DNA from: an uncultured Myxococcales bacterium
GTDB lineage: Bacteria; Myxococcota_A; UBA9042; CAIXZC01
Assembly (NCBI GenBank): GCA_964442235.1
Contig: CAYTWV010000001.1
Coordinates: 17,327 to 45,953 of the forward strand
Direction: 5' to 3'
DNA length: 28,627 nucleotides
In this document: piece by piece, positions 1 to 8,527 of the stretch
Layout of the letters: each line of letters starts with the position of its first letter
Position numbering within the stretch: the first letter of the stretch is position 1
Notes under the pieces: generated by a model
Told to the model about the DNA's origin: nothing
The model's input: the letters and a program-made list of their open reading frames with translations, nothing else
The model's database searches: none
Position numbers and translations under genes: made by a program

Positions 1-1481
1 GTTGCCAACCACGACAGAGTCTGGGCCGACCATAGCCCCGGCTTGTAATCCTGGGCCCCGGAAAGCTGATAGTCCGGCGTGCGGTAGGTGTACGTGTTGA
101 TCTGCTCCAGGCCAAGGCCTCTGGAGACCGGCCCCAGTTCTGTCGACAGGTCTATCAGCGAATCGGGGTCGTCCCCCATCTTCTGAATCATCCCCTTGTA
201 CGGCTCCTCGATGTCCCCAACCAGGAACCCGTCCCAAAGTTTGTATTCGTTTAGAAACGCCACAAAACCCACCACAACTGCTGGGGACAAAATCGCCGAA
301 GCTCCGGCCCAGAAGATCACATCGTCGTGTCCCGTGTACCCAACCCCCCACTGCGGGCCCTCTTCCACATTCAAGCTGTCCCGTTGCCTGTGCTCGGAAA
401 ATGGTGCGATGGCAGCGGCCCACTCCTCGAGCAGATCGGGAGGAAAGTAGTGACTGCTGGTCGCCAGAAACGCCGCAGAGAAGTTCCCGAAGTCCTGGGT
501 GGTTCCCACCCCGGCCGCAAGCCAGACCATGGGGCTGGTGCTGTCCTTCAGACCGCCCAGATACTTGTTCGAGTAGGTGCGCCCATGCGTTGTGGCGAAG
601 TAGCCCTTGTAGGTATTGGCCAGAATATCCACCAGCAGCACATCCACAACCATCCTGGCCTTGCCCCGAATCTCTTCGTTTTCGGCAAAGTCGGCCAGGT
701 TCAGAAGTGCCGGAAAATCCTCGTTAAAATAGACGTTGGAGTGCCACTCCGAGAACCCGATATGGCCTCGGAAATCCAGCCAGCGAAGAATCAGCGGTTC
801 GGCGTGGGCCACGTGTTCCGCTCCGGTCATTCCCGAATTGCTGAACACCTGATCCCTGTACATCTGCCCCATCAGCAACTCGCCCGAATGGAACAGGATC
901 TGGTGGTTTTCGGTCCAGTAACACATCTTGTCGTCGCCTGGCTCGCTTAGCCAGTACCGAAACCCCAGCAACGTCGTCTCGATTTCCTGCTTCAACTCGG
1001 CAGGCACGACGTTGGCCCCTTTGTCCAGATAGAGCATCCGCACAAAGGCCGCCAGCGTGAAGTCCGCCGTGTCCTGGCGCTGCGTCATCTTAAGCAGCCC
1101 TTCATCGATCTTGTCGGTGTTGTATTCGGTCTGGCCCGTTACGATGCGACACACCTGCCCGTACAGTCCGCCTTGACCGGGCCCCGAAGCATCCGAACAG
1201 GACTGAAGATAGGTGGCCTTGCGCTCCAGGAACGCTGCCGATGCAGCCACCGGTTGCTCCAGGCGCTGCGACGTATCCTGGCCTCCGGTCACATCCTGGG
1301 TCCCGTCGGGCGACACCACCACATCCAATTCGACCTGCCCGTCCCCGGATTTCTGGTCGGCCCGGTCCTGAACCGTATCTTCCGGCTTCTCTTCGGAATC
1401 ACATCCCTGACCCAAAGCCAGTCCCAGGCCGACGATCGCCAACAGATAACAGGTCTTTCCACTAGACGGCCATCGCTTCAT
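1..1481 (-). CDS. Uncharacterised lipoprotein, truncated at the left window edge (493 codons visible); possible polysaccharide lyase-like alpha/alpha-toroid enzyme
   Basis: Absent from the ORF track because it runs off the edge. Hand translation from ATG 1481 is open to position 1: MKRWPSSGKTCYLLAIVGLGLALGQGC (lipobox-like), an acidic linker, then ..DTADF..YWLSEPGDDKMCYWTENHQILFHSGELLMGQ..RWLDFRGHIGFSEWHSNVYFNEDFPALLNLADFA..TYTYRTPDYQLSGAQDY. SD GAGGAG upstream; ATGA overlap with the stop of the upstream gene (1478-1481). The function is inferred from context. Confidence 0.85.
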   Translation of the reverse strand, partial: MKRWPSSGKTCYLLAIVGLGLALGQGCDSEEKPEDTVQDRADQKSGDGQVELDVVVSPDGTQDVTGGQDTSQRLEQPVAASAAFLERKATYLQSCSDASGPGQGGLYGQVCRIVTGQTEYNTDKIDEGLLKMTQRQDTADFTLAAFVRMLYLDKGANVVPAELKQEIETTLLGFRYWLSEPGDDKMCYWTENHQILFHSGELLMGQMYRDQVFSNSGMTGAEHVAHAEPLILRWLDFRGHIGFSEWHSNVYFNEDFPALLNLADFAENEEIRGKARMVVDVLLVDILANTYKGYFATTHGRTYSNKYLGGLKDSTSPMVWLAAGVGTTQDFGNFSAAFLATSSHYFPPDLLEEWAAAIAPFSEHRQRDSLNVEEGPQWGVGYTGHDDVIFWAGASAILSPAVVVGFVAFLNEYKLWDGFLVGDIEEPYKGMIQKMGDDPDSLIDLSTELGPVSRGLGLEQINTYTYRTPDYQLSGAQDYKPGLWSAQTLSWLA

Positions 1482-2767
1482 GGCTGCTCCTCGCCGGCTG
1501 TGTTAGCCTCGGGTAACCCCGAAGTTTCAATCAATGCCAATATCACTGCCCCAACACCGTATCCCAAATCGTCTTCTAATGGAACCCTGGCATACTCTTC
1601 ATACTTATCCGCTGTGGTGGGCCCTGAAATCCCGGTCACCACCGGCAAGGTGTCCTGGCCCGTCACGATGCGGCTGCGCACTCCCTTCATGGCCAATGCT
1701 ATGGCTGGCAGCGCCTCGTCGCCGATGACGCCATAACGCCACGAACGGGCCAAACCGAATGCAAACAACGCCGCCGCACTGGTCTCCAGATAGATCTCCC
1801 CGGGGTGGGTCATGAGGGTCCACCAGAGTCCGCTTTCCGTATCCTGGGCTTTCATCGCCGCCTTCAGCAATGTCACCAGCGCCGCGTCCACCGAATCCCA
1901 TCGTTCGCCCCGGTTTGCCAGAATTCGGTGATACATCGACCCAGCCGCGGCAATCCACCCATTGCCGCGGCCCCAATACACCCCGGGGGTCTGCTTCACG
2001 ATCCAGTTGTAGGCGTGTACATAAAATCCGGTCTCGTCCTGCAGAAGCTGCGAGAACAGGTCAAACTGGAAGGCGTACTCCTCCAAGGCCTTCGTGTCGC
2101 CCGTGGCCTCGCCCCAGCCGAACAGCACTCCGCCAAACATGAACAGGGAATCCACCCACAACGTGCGCACATCCAGCGTTCCAAGGTGACTGATGCCTCC
2201 CTCGGGTGTGCGCAGCGCCTCTTCGTACAGATAGTGCAGCGCCTGCTGAACCACGGTCCCATACACTCCGTCCGGGTCGCCCGTTTGCCGATAGAGCGCC
2301 ACCGCCACCGCCGCCGGGGCACAGGTGTCACTGGACCCCATCACAAACCCCTTCTGAATGTGGAAATCCATCCACGCCTTGTAGTAGGCCAACAATTCGG
2401 CGTCCCCGGTCACCTCGTACAGTTCGGCCAACGAGACCATCAGCACGGCCTCTTCCCAATTCCACTTCATCTCTTCCGCCGGATGCCGGGCGATCTGTGC
2501 TTTGGCCAGGGCCAGGGCCAGCTTCATGGATTCGCTGCCAGGGTTCCGCTTCAGGACATAACATTCGTGATCCGGGGGCACCTCCGGATCACACCACTCA
2601 AATGGCACCGATGGCTGTGGCGTTTGGTCCAACAAGGTCAGATCAAGCACCTCGTCAATCGGAGTCGAATCGGAAAGCAGATCGGTCCCCTCGGTCCCCT
2701 TGGAGGCGTTCTCACCACACCCCACCATTCCCAGCACTGCCGCTACGATCCAGACTCTCCACTCCAT
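1478..2767 (-). CDS. GH105/GH88 (Glyco_hydro_88, YesR/YteR-like) unsaturated uronyl hydrolase, lipoprotein, 429 aa
   Basis: Motifs WNWEEAV, LWVDSLFM, WGRGNGW, YLETSAAALFAFGLA, YGVGAVILA. The start is ATG 2767 (MEWRVWIVAAVLGMVGC lipobox, SD GGGGA), not 3226, which would overlap the FHA gene. Confidence 0.85.
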   Translation of the reverse strand: MEWRVWIVAAVLGMVGCGENASKGTEGTDLLSDSTPIDEVLDLTLLDQTPQPSVPFEWCDPEVPPDHECYVLKRNPGSESMKLALALAKAQIARHPAEEMKWNWEEAVLMVSLAELYEVTGDAELLAYYKAWMDFHIQKGFVMGSSDTCAPAAVAVALYRQTGDPDGVYGTVVQQALHYLYEEALRTPEGGISHLGTLDVRTLWVDSLFMFGGVLFGWGEATGDTKALEEYAFQFDLFSQLLQDETGFYVHAYNWIVKQTPGVYWGRGNGWIAAAGSMYHRILANRGERWDSVDAALVTLLKAAMKAQDTESGLWWTLMTHPGEIYLETSAAALFAFGLARSWRYGVIGDEALPAIALAMKGVRSRIVTGQDTLPVVTGISGPTTADKYEEYARVPLEDDLGYGVGAVILALIETSGLPEANTAGEEQP

Positions 2768-2818
2768 GAATTCCCCCAATACGCCTATTCGGCCAGCGAT
2801 TTCAACAATCCGGCGGGA

Positions 2819-2848
2819 ACAATACCTCGACTGCAGGGGTTTCATCAA
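2819..2848 (-). promoter_or_regulatory. Possible sigma70 promoter for the GH105 operon
   Basis: TTGATG-N18-TATTGT on the minus strand, about 50 nt upstream of ATG 2767. Confidence 0.3.
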
Positions 2849-2911
2849 CCCGGTCGTGGGGTACGCTTTCTCGCACGTCGGGTGCGCGCCTTGAAGAGGA
2901 TGCAGAACTCC

Positions 2912-2940
2912 TTGAACCGACTCGCCCTCTGATGTAGTGT
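2912..2940 (+). promoter_or_regulatory. Possible sigma70 promoter for the FHA gene
   Basis: TTGAAC-N17-TAGTGT, followed by SD GGAGGAGG and ATG 2967. Confidence 0.4.
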
Positions 2941-2966
2941 GGGGCAGTATTTTGGAGGAGGAAGGG

Positions 2967-3893
2967 ATGCTTTGTCCGCATTGCAACCGAGAATCGGATG
3001 CGTTGTTCAAGTTCTGTCTCCATTGTGGCAAGGAACTGGCCCCCAGAAAGGCCGCTACCGAGGGCAGAAGTGCCCCCAAGCCCGTGGTCAAACCTCGCCC
3101 CGTGGCAAAACCCGCACCCGCTCCGGCACCCCAGCCGGAACCGGAAGCGCCGCAACCTCGGATCGAACAATATGACCCCGCTCCGCAGCCCCAGCCCGTG
3201 GCCCGTGTCATGGCCCCGGCTACCAAGGACGCCCTGGGCAGGCAGCAGGTCGGCTATCTGGTCTCGGTGCATGCCACTGACATCCAGGAGGCCAAACGGA
3301 TTCCGCTCTTCATGGGCACCACGATTCTGGGCCGCACCCAGGGCGAAGTCTCGTTCCCCGATGACGATCTGCTCTCCCCTGAGCACCTCAAACTCGAGGT
3401 CGACGAGACCCAGGTCACTGTGACCTGCCTGGACTCTCGAAACGGAACGTTCATCCGAATCATTGACCCCATTCCGCTACTGCACGGCGATATCTTCCGC
3501 ATGGGGCAGCAGCTCCTGAAGTACGAAGATCTGGCGCTGCTTCCCTCCGTGGAACTGCCCGGCGACCAGATTACCGAAGTCCTCGGTACTCCCGCTGGCA
3601 TCAAAGCCTGGGGACGATTGACACAAGTCGTCACCGAAGAACTCGCTGGATCTTCCTTCCTGCTGACCGGCGACAGCGTCTTCCTTGGCCGAGAACGCGG
3701 AGCCTTCACGTTCCCCGGCGACCGCTATATCTCGGGCACCCACGCCTGCATCGTCAAAAACGAGACCGGCACCTGGCTCAAGGACGTGGGTTCCTCGAAC
3801 GGAACGTACTTCCGAATTTCTACCACGACTCCTCTGGCCCCAGGCCAGTTCTTCCTGGCCGGGCGCCAACTCTTCCGTCTTGATCTGGAGTAA
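2967..3893 (+). CDS. Zinc-ribbon + Pro-rich linker + tandem FHA domain protein, 308 aa
   Basis: N-terminal CPHC..CLHC. Two FHA signatures: LGRTQG..SPEH..SRNGT and LGRERG..SGTH..SSNGT. Strong SD before ATG 2967. Confidence 0.88.
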   Translation: MLCPHCNRESDALFKFCLHCGKELAPRKAATEGRSAPKPVVKPRPVAKPAPAPAPQPEPEAPQPRIEQYDPAPQPQPVARVMAPATKDALGRQQVGYLVSVHATDIQEAKRIPLFMGTTILGRTQGEVSFPDDDLLSPEHLKLEVDETQVTVTCLDSRNGTFIRIIDPIPLLHGDIFRMGQQLLKYEDLALLPSVELPGDQITEVLGTPAGIKAWGRLTQVVTEELAGSSFLLTGDSVFLGRERGAFTFPGDRYISGTHACIVKNETGTWLKDVGSSNGTYFRISTTTPLAPGQFFLAGRQLFRLDLE

Positions 3894-3932
3894 TCCAGTC
3901 GTTCCTTTCAGCATCTGTTTAAGGTGACTCGC

Positions 3933-5231
3933 ATGTCCGAACTGTCCCGTCCCCAAGACTCTCACGAACCCCGCAAATCGGCCCCCGGCGATGCCAGTGT
4001 GTCGGTGCTCTCCGAATCCGTTACGGCGGGACGCAGGGCCCGAATTGCCCTCATTGCCATGATCATGCTGGCGGCCGTCGGGTTCGGCATCGCTCTGGAA
4101 CTGACCGACGTCTACTACATGACACACACCGACAGCGATTACGTCAGCATGTGTGCCATCTCCGAGGGCGCCAACTGTCAGACCGTGGCGCTCAGCGATT
4201 ACTCCACGCTGCTTGGGTCCCCGGTGTCGGTCTGGGCCATGGCCGGGTATCTCTTTTTTGCGTTCCTGGTCGTTCTGACCCTGTTCAATCTGGGCAGCGG
4301 CTATGGCCTTGGATTGCTGGGTGCCATGGGGCTGCTCTTCCTGGGCATCTCCGTATGGCTTGTTATTCTGATGTCGCTGATTATCCATTCTATATGCGTA
4401 TTGTGTGTGGCTATTGATTTCGTGAACATCTTCCTGTTGATTCTGTCTGTTCTAGCCCTTCGAAGTGTCAATAAGCCCTTCTTCGTCACCATCTGGAATG
4501 ACATCCTAACCACCTTCCGCAAGCCGCTTCGGTTGCTGCTGATTGCTTCCTTCGGTCTGGGCCTGCTGGGTGGCGGCTGGGTGTTCGGATCCTGGCTGGT
4601 CAAACTGGCCGATGCCGGTCCCGTATTGTCGGCCGAAGAAGCGGGCCCGCAATGTGACGGCAAACCGGGGGCCAATCCGTCCGGCAACACGATCCAGATG
4701 GGGGTCAACGAACAGGGGCATCCCTGGATTGGCGCGGCCACTCCCCTGCTGGTAATCGAAGAGTTCACGGACTATCAGTGCCCCCATTGCCGCAAGGCCC
4801 ACCGCACCATTCGCCAGCAGCTTTCCAAGTATCCGGACACGTTGAGGGTTTATCATCGCCATTTCCCGCTGGATCAGGCGTGTAATTCCATGGTAACCCG
4901 CCCCTTCCACAAGAAGGCCTGCGAGATGTCACGAATGGCCATCTGTGCCCAGCAGCAGGGCCGTTTCTGGGAGATGAACGACTATCTCTTCGAGAATTCT
5001 GCGGCCCTGGTGAAAGACGAAGCGACCTATGCCGACATCGCCGCTCGACTGGAACTGGATGGAGAGAAATTCTCCTGCTGCATGAACGACATTGCGTCCA
5101 ATGCCGTGATCCTGAAAGATGTCGAAGACGGCATCGCCGCAGGCGTCAAAGGCACCCCCTCGTTCCGAATCGACGGCAAACTACACGTCGGTTCTATCCC
5201 CAAAGACGCCCTGAAGGTCCTGGAGAAGTAG
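3933..5231 (+). CDS. VKOR (vitamin K epoxide reductase family) - DsbA/thioredoxin-fold fusion, about 432 aa
   Basis: VKOR loop cysteines CAISEGANC, about five hydrophobic helices, membrane CVLC, then EEFTDYQCPHC and cis-Pro loop GTPSF. Start is ATG 3933 (or GTG 3924). Confidence 0.9.
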   Translation: MSELSRPQDSHEPRKSAPGDASVSVLSESVTAGRRARIALIAMIMLAAVGFGIALELTDVYYMTHTDSDYVSMCAISEGANCQTVALSDYSTLLGSPVSVWAMAGYLFFAFLVVLTLFNLGSGYGLGLLGAMGLLFLGISVWLVILMSLIIHSICVLCVAIDFVNIFLLILSVLALRSVNKPFFVTIWNDILTTFRKPLRLLLIASFGLGLLGGGWVFGSWLVKLADAGPVLSAEEAGPQCDGKPGANPSGNTIQMGVNEQGHPWIGAATPLLVIEEFTDYQCPHCRKAHRTIRQQLSKYPDTLRVYHRHFPLDQACNSMVTRPFHKKACEMSRMAICAQQQGRFWEMNDYLFENSAALVKDEATYADIAARLELDGEKFSCCMNDIASNAVILKDVEDGIAAGVKGTPSFRIDGKLHVGSIPKDALKVLEK

Positions 5232-5239
5232 TTCGACCC

Positions 5240-7423
5240 TTACCCCGCCCGCTCGGCCTTGGTGACTCCGTCAACTCGAAGCAGTGCCCGCAGCAGCGTC
5301 TTTAGCTGGCTGACGTTGCTGATCTCCGCCTTTACCGTCATCTCGCCACGCCGCCGTTTGCTGCCTGTTTTCGCCGAGCGTTTGTCGTCACTTCGCATGG
5401 TGACACCGCGGATGTTGATGGCGTGGTCGGCAAAGACCGACGAGATGGCATTCAGCATGCCCGCCGAGTCGTACGCCGCAATCTTGATCGTCACGACCTG
5501 GTCCGACGCGGCGCCCACGGCCCAGCCCACATCCACAAACCGATTGGGATCCATGACTCTGGCGTGGGAACAGCGAAGGGCATGCACTGAAATCCCGTGC
5601 CCCTTGCTGACAAATCCCACGATGGACTCGCCCACTACCGGGTTGCAGCATCGGGCAAAACGAATCTCGATGCCGCCTTGGCCTCCAACCAATACCTTGC
5701 CTTTGCCTCCAACTCCACCTTCAAGCATCAGGGGTTTGGCCACGGGCTTCACTTCTGCGGGGGCCAACGGGGCCACGCCGGCCAACTTCTCGCCCACGTC
5801 CGCAAGATTCACACGTCCCGAACCCAGTTGGACCCACAGCGCCTCTTCTGACAGGCCCATCTCCTTGGCCCACTCGGAGAACTTCCCCGACTTTTCGGCC
5901 CGGCCAAGGCTCATGCCGAATTTCTTCAGCTCCTTTTCAACCAACTGGCGGCCGGTCTGGGCGAATCGCTCTTTGGCCTCCTGCTGCAAATAGGCCCGGA
6001 TGCGGTTCTTCGTGCGGGAACTCTTTACAAACCGTAGCCAGTCCTGGCTGGGTTTCTGGTGCGGGCTGGTCATCACCTCGATGGTGTCGCCATTCTTCAG
6101 CGCAGCACTTAGCGGCACCATCACTCCGTTTACCTTAGCCCCCGAACAGTGCATCCCCACCTCGGAGTGCACCGTGAAGGCGAAGTCCACGGGCGTGGCC
6201 CCCACGGGAAGCACACGCACCGCCCCCGTGGGCGTAAATACAAAAATCTCCTCTTCCGCCAACCCACGGCGGGCAGCGGCGCCTTCGGCCTCCTCGACGG
6301 TGGTCTCGGGTACGTCGGTCAACTCTTCAATTAGCGACTTAAAATACTGCACTCGGGCTTCGTCAGCCGGGGCGATGGCCCGACCCTCTTTGTACTTCCA
6401 GTGGGCCGCAATGCCTCGTTCGGCAATGTCGTGCATGTCCCACGTACGAATCTGCACCTCCATCCGCTCGTTCTCGGGCCCAATCACCGACGTGTGCAAC
6501 GAACGGTAGCCGTTTGGCTTCTGATTCCCGATGAAGTCCCGAAAGCGACCCAGGATCGGGCGCCACATCTGGTGCACCAGGCCCATGACCTGCCAGCACT
6601 GGTCCACCGTGTCCACGATCACACGAAAGGCCACCACATCGTAAACCTGTTCCAGGGTCACACCCTGCTTCTTCATCTTCTTGTAGATGCTGTATCGGAC
6701 CTTCTCTCGGGCAAATACCTGCCCTGGTATCCCCATTCGGGCCACTTCCCGACTCAACGTCTCCTTCACCTCGGCCAGCACCCGCTTCCGCACCGATTCT
6801 CCGGTGGAAAGCTGCTTCTCCAACGCCCGGTGCTCCTCGGGGTAAAGCCACCGGAAGGCAGCTTCTTCCAGTTCGGTCTTCAGCCGGTACAGACCCAGAC
6901 GACTGGCCAGGGGAACGTAGATTTCCAGGGTCTCTTTGGCAAATTCCAGCAGATGAGGCGATGTGCTCTTCTGCAGCGCCCGCACTTCCTGGACCCGGTC
7001 CGCCAGCTTCACCAGCACGACCCGAATGTCCTTGAACATCGCCAGCAACATCTTCCGGAAGCTCTCGGCCTGCCGGGCTTCGCGATCGTTAAACCGGTAT
7101 CGGGACAGCCGCACCACACCTCTTGCCACCTCGGCCACTGCAGGCCCGAACGTGGTGGCGACCCAGGCGTGCACCTCCTCGCTGTCTTCCAGCACCTCGT
7201 GCAGCAGCGCCGCGGCGATGGCCGTTTCGTCCAGTTTCAGTTCTGTCAGGATGTGCGCCACGGCCAAACCGTGATCCACAGGGTCCCCATACTCGGGTTT
7301 GGGTACCAGATCTCGACGCAACACCGCCGCATCATACGCTCGCCTTACCAGACCCAGATCCGCACCCTTGTGATAGGCTGTCAGCCCATCCAGCAGGGGC
7401 TGCAGTGCTGCCGCGTTGTCCAT
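5240..7423 (-). CDS. relA: Long RelA/SpoT homologue (HD-SYNTH-TGS-ZFD-ACT), 727 aa, hydrolase domain degenerate
   Basis: Synthetase motifs YSIYKKM, YDVVAFRVIV, NGYRSLHT, EVQIRT, AAHWKYKE. TGS IFVFTPTG..TPVDFAF. ZFD CCNP..H..C. C-terminal ACT. Start ATG 7423 with SD GAGGAG. Confidence 0.93.
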   Translation of the reverse strand: MDNAAALQPLLDGLTAYHKGADLGLVRRAYDAAVLRRDLVPKPEYGDPVDHGLAVAHILTELKLDETAIAAALLHEVLEDSEEVHAWVATTFGPAVAEVARGVVRLSRYRFNDREARQAESFRKMLLAMFKDIRVVLVKLADRVQEVRALQKSTSPHLLEFAKETLEIYVPLASRLGLYRLKTELEEAAFRWLYPEEHRALEKQLSTGESVRKRVLAEVKETLSREVARMGIPGQVFAREKVRYSIYKKMKKQGVTLEQVYDVVAFRVIVDTVDQCWQVMGLVHQMWRPILGRFRDFIGNQKPNGYRSLHTSVIGPENERMEVQIRTWDMHDIAERGIAAHWKYKEGRAIAPADEARVQYFKSLIEELTDVPETTVEEAEGAAARRGLAEEEIFVFTPTGAVRVLPVGATPVDFAFTVHSEVGMHCSGAKVNGVMVPLSAALKNGDTIEVMTSPHQKPSQDWLRFVKSSRTKNRIRAYLQQEAKERFAQTGRQLVEKELKKFGMSLGRAEKSGKFSEWAKEMGLSEEALWVQLGSGRVNLADVGEKLAGVAPLAPAEVKPVAKPLMLEGGVGGKGKVLVGGQGGIEIRFARCCNPVVGESIVGFVSKGHGISVHALRCSHARVMDPNRFVDVGWAVGAASDQVVTIKIAAYDSAGMLNAISSVFADHAINIRGVTMRSDDKRSAKTGSKRRRGEMTVKAEISNVSQLKTLLRALLRVDGVTKAERAG

Positions 7424-7451
7424 GGTCCCTCTCCTCGAATCACTTGTCGGC

Positions 7452-7480
7452 AATATAGGGACACGGCCGGCCTCGCGCAA
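7452..7480 (-). promoter_or_regulatory. Probable sigma70 promoter of relA
   Basis: TTGCGC-N17-TATATT on the minus strand, upstream of the SD and ATG 7423. Confidence 0.55.
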
Positions 7481-7511
7481 TCGTGCCGGGCCGCCATTCG
7501 GCGCTTTCCCC

Positions 7512-7540
7512 TTGCGGAGATCCCCTCGCACTCCTATAAC
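7512..7540 (+). promoter_or_regulatory. Probable sigma70 promoter of the radical SAM gene, back-to-back with the relA promoter
   Basis: TTGCGG-N17-TATAAC, then AGGAGG and ATG 7560. Confidence 0.55.
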
Positions 7541-7559
7541 CGTGGCCGTAGGAGGCCAC

Positions 7560-8432
7560 ATGAGATACGAAGGTGCCCTGATTCGCCCCCCCAGTGAGTC
7601 GCAGAGTCTTATCCTGCAGATTACCGTGGGGTGCAGCCACAACCAGTGCCTCTATTGCGGCCTCTATCAGGACAAGGACTTTCGGGTCAAGAGCCTGGAG
7701 GATGTCTTGTCAGACATCAAAGAGGGCACACATTTCCGCTTCCGTCGGGTCTTCCTGGCCGACGGGGATGCCCTGGCGGCTCCCACCGAATTCCTGGTCA
7801 CCGTGCTGGAAGCCATCCGCAAAGAGATCCCCTTTGTGGAGCGGGTCTCCTGTTTTGCCGACGCTCGAAGTCTGCAGAAGAAGACCCCCGCCGACTTGAC
7901 CCGACTGCGTGACCTGGGCTTGACCCTGATTTATCTGGGACTGGACTCCGGCGATGAAGAGGTGCTTCGAAGGATGCATCGCGGCACCACCGTGGCAGAA
8001 ACCCTGGAGGCCGCCAAACGGATCCGCAAAGCCGGGGTGCAACTGAGTGTCATCGCCATGCTTGGATTGGGCGGCAAAAAAGACTCCAAGAAGCACGCAA
8101 CGGCTACGGCCGTGGCGTTGAACCTGATGGAACCCGAATTCATCGGAATCGTCACCACGCTGCTGGACGAAGAGGCCCCGCTGTTTGAAATGGCCGAGAA
8201 GGGCGAATTTGAGCTGCCCTCCAGGCTGGGCCTGCTTGAAGAGCTGAAACTGATCCTTGAAGGCCTGACTCTGCGTAAAGGACTTCTGACCACAAATCAC
8301 TCGTCAAACTACCTGCCGCTTCGGGTGGTCCTGCCTTACCAGCGCGCGGACGCCATCAAGTACATTCAGAACATCCTGGACACCCGCGACGAGTCCATTC
8401 TCAAGCCCGATTTTCTGCGAAACCTCCGATAG
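7560..8432 (+). CDS. Radical SAM protein of unknown function, 290 aa
   Basis: CSHNQCLYC (CX3CX2C) preceded by MRYEGALIRPPSES. Also VFLADGDAL, IYLGLDSGD, NHSSNY. SD AGGAGG before ATG 7560. Confidence 0.9.
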   Translation: MRYEGALIRPPSESQSLILQITVGCSHNQCLYCGLYQDKDFRVKSLEDVLSDIKEGTHFRFRRVFLADGDALAAPTEFLVTVLEAIRKEIPFVERVSCFADARSLQKKTPADLTRLRDLGLTLIYLGLDSGDEEVLRRMHRGTTVAETLEAAKRIRKAGVQLSVIAMLGLGGKKDSKKHATATAVALNLMEPEFIGIVTTLLDEEAPLFEMAEKGEFELPSRLGLLEELKLILEGLTLRKGLLTTNHSSNYLPLRVVLPYQRADAIKYIQNILDTRDESILKPDFLRNLR

Positions 8433-8527
8433 TCTTGACCTTGACTTCCACTCTGTCCTGTTGTCTTATCACGCCGTTGCAGCCCTGCCGGCTGCTTGTC
8501 CGGTAACGGGCACTTTTAGGAGTAAAC

